Below, one piece after another: positions 62,607 to 64,000 of a stretch of DNA of 64,000 nucleotides. This DNA is from Eledone cirrhosa (lineage: Eukaryota). Both the position numbers and the translations under genes were made by a program. The stretch spans positions 8,990,001-9,054,000 of the forward strand of contig OZ024758.1 in NCBI GenBank assembly GCA_964016885.1. Direction: 5' to 3'. Position 1 is the stretch's first letter. The number at the start of each line of letters is the position of its first letter. Below the pieces are notes generated by a model. The model had not been told where the DNA came from, did no database searches, and saw only the letters and a list, made by a program, of their open reading frames with translations.

Positions 62607-64000
62607 GTGAGTAGAAAAGCACATGGTCTCTTTGGCTTTGGTACCAGCAGACACCGACTCTTAACAACAATAGCAGCTGAGGCAGCAGCAACAACGGCTC
62701 CATCTTCTTAGTAGCTGGTACATATTTTCCTTTCCCCGATTTTCTTTTCCCTGATAACATATAAAGCCGATGCACCACTACGCACCTGCTGTTGCCTCTG
62801 CTCAGCTTTGCAACTCCCCACCAACTCTCGCGTTAAGCCTGCTTTGATATTCAGGTCTTTGGCTACTGCTGGTACCAGTTCTTTGCTCTGTTGTGTATAT
62901 ATGTGTATATAAACCTTTCAGTGAGATTGATTTCTCAGTTGTATTGCTAACTTTTCTGTGAAATACGAACTAAACATTTTAAGCAACCATAAAGCCTTCC
63001 ATTATACGCTAGCCACAAAAACTATCGTCTGCCCTAAACCCTGTGATCAAACCCATTTCACTCTCACTTACTGTCAAAAGCTAATTCCTTTGTTGGGATC
63101 TATCCGTTCCTCACAACCCCAATCTCAGTACACACCGACGCATGTAAACCTGTTTGCACTTTCCTTCCCATGTACACAACGTATTTTATTTCTTTGTGTA
63201 CTAATGTTTATTCACACCCTGCTTTCGTATATTTTGTCTTACATTTGCTATACTAATGAATAAAACTCATTAAATCTGCTGATCGCCTTAATTTTTTTAA
63301 TATTGATATTTCTCACTATTATTTTTGGTTGGACTAATAATCGCAATTCATATCATTTCTATTATATAAATATTTTCTCTGTATGATTTTCACAGATCCT
63401 GATTTCAACGTCCGGTTGTTAGGCCAGTAACGTAATCTCAGTTATAGACGTATTATTTGACCATCTGTACTAAATTTGCCCTCTTGGCAGCTAATAATAT
63501 ATTAATTTGTTAACGTTTCAAAGTAAAGTGTTTATAAGTGATGTGGTCAAAAATATTTCATCTCGATATTAAAGTTTGAAATCGCCCATATATTTCAGGA
63601 TTTTAATTATGAATTTTCTCTTGTTACGTGTATATGTGTGTGTGCTTGTGACTATGTAGATAATTATTATAATTTAAATTTTCTATGCATTAATTGTCGA
63701 TTTGTAGGAGGTGTTTTTGAAAGAGAGGCAACTGACTTATTGCTTCCTGTTTGTTTATAAATCTATTAGTCTCACTCTGGCATGTGTCTTCCTCCTCATG
63801 GTATTGGTACTATATGCCGACCATTCTCTCTTCCTCCCTCCTCTCATAGAAATCATAATTAGATGTCTAAAAATACTTTTTCTGGCTTGTCCATAAGTAA
63901 ATTTTGGTTTTTTGATACATTAAATACGTCTTTTTTTTCTGGATATCACACATGGCAATAATTGGAATGTTATTATTAAAATGTTTATTTTATTTACAGT

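Overview
AT-rich eukaryotic genomic DNA, dense in SINEs, (TA)n/(GT)n microsatellites and minisatellites. The repeat style suggests an octopod cephalopod; this is inference, not a database result. Almost all listed ORFs are spurious. Three intron-containing genes were reconstructed by hand from GT-AG sites, phase continuity and recalled homology. (1) The last five coding exons of a Custos/C12orf43-like gene (+, 699-4831). (2) A complete 7-coding-exon TMEM248 orthologue (-, 19877-8631, 310 aa), convergent with Custos, whose 5' UTR exons probably lie far upstream. (3) The first coding exon of MNT (+, 62540-62606, Sin3-interaction motif) with an E-box-rich promoter. The remainder is at least three SINE-like families, RTE and CRE-like LINE relics, pogo-type MITEs, tandem repeats and a cluster of long, near-spacerless palindromes at 45.6-47.9 kb. 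The most notable hypothesis is that inverted SINEs tightly flank TMEM248 coding exons 1-4, whose back-splice product would be a 618-nt circle with a stop-free endless ORF. I found no firm evidence for a wholly new system.
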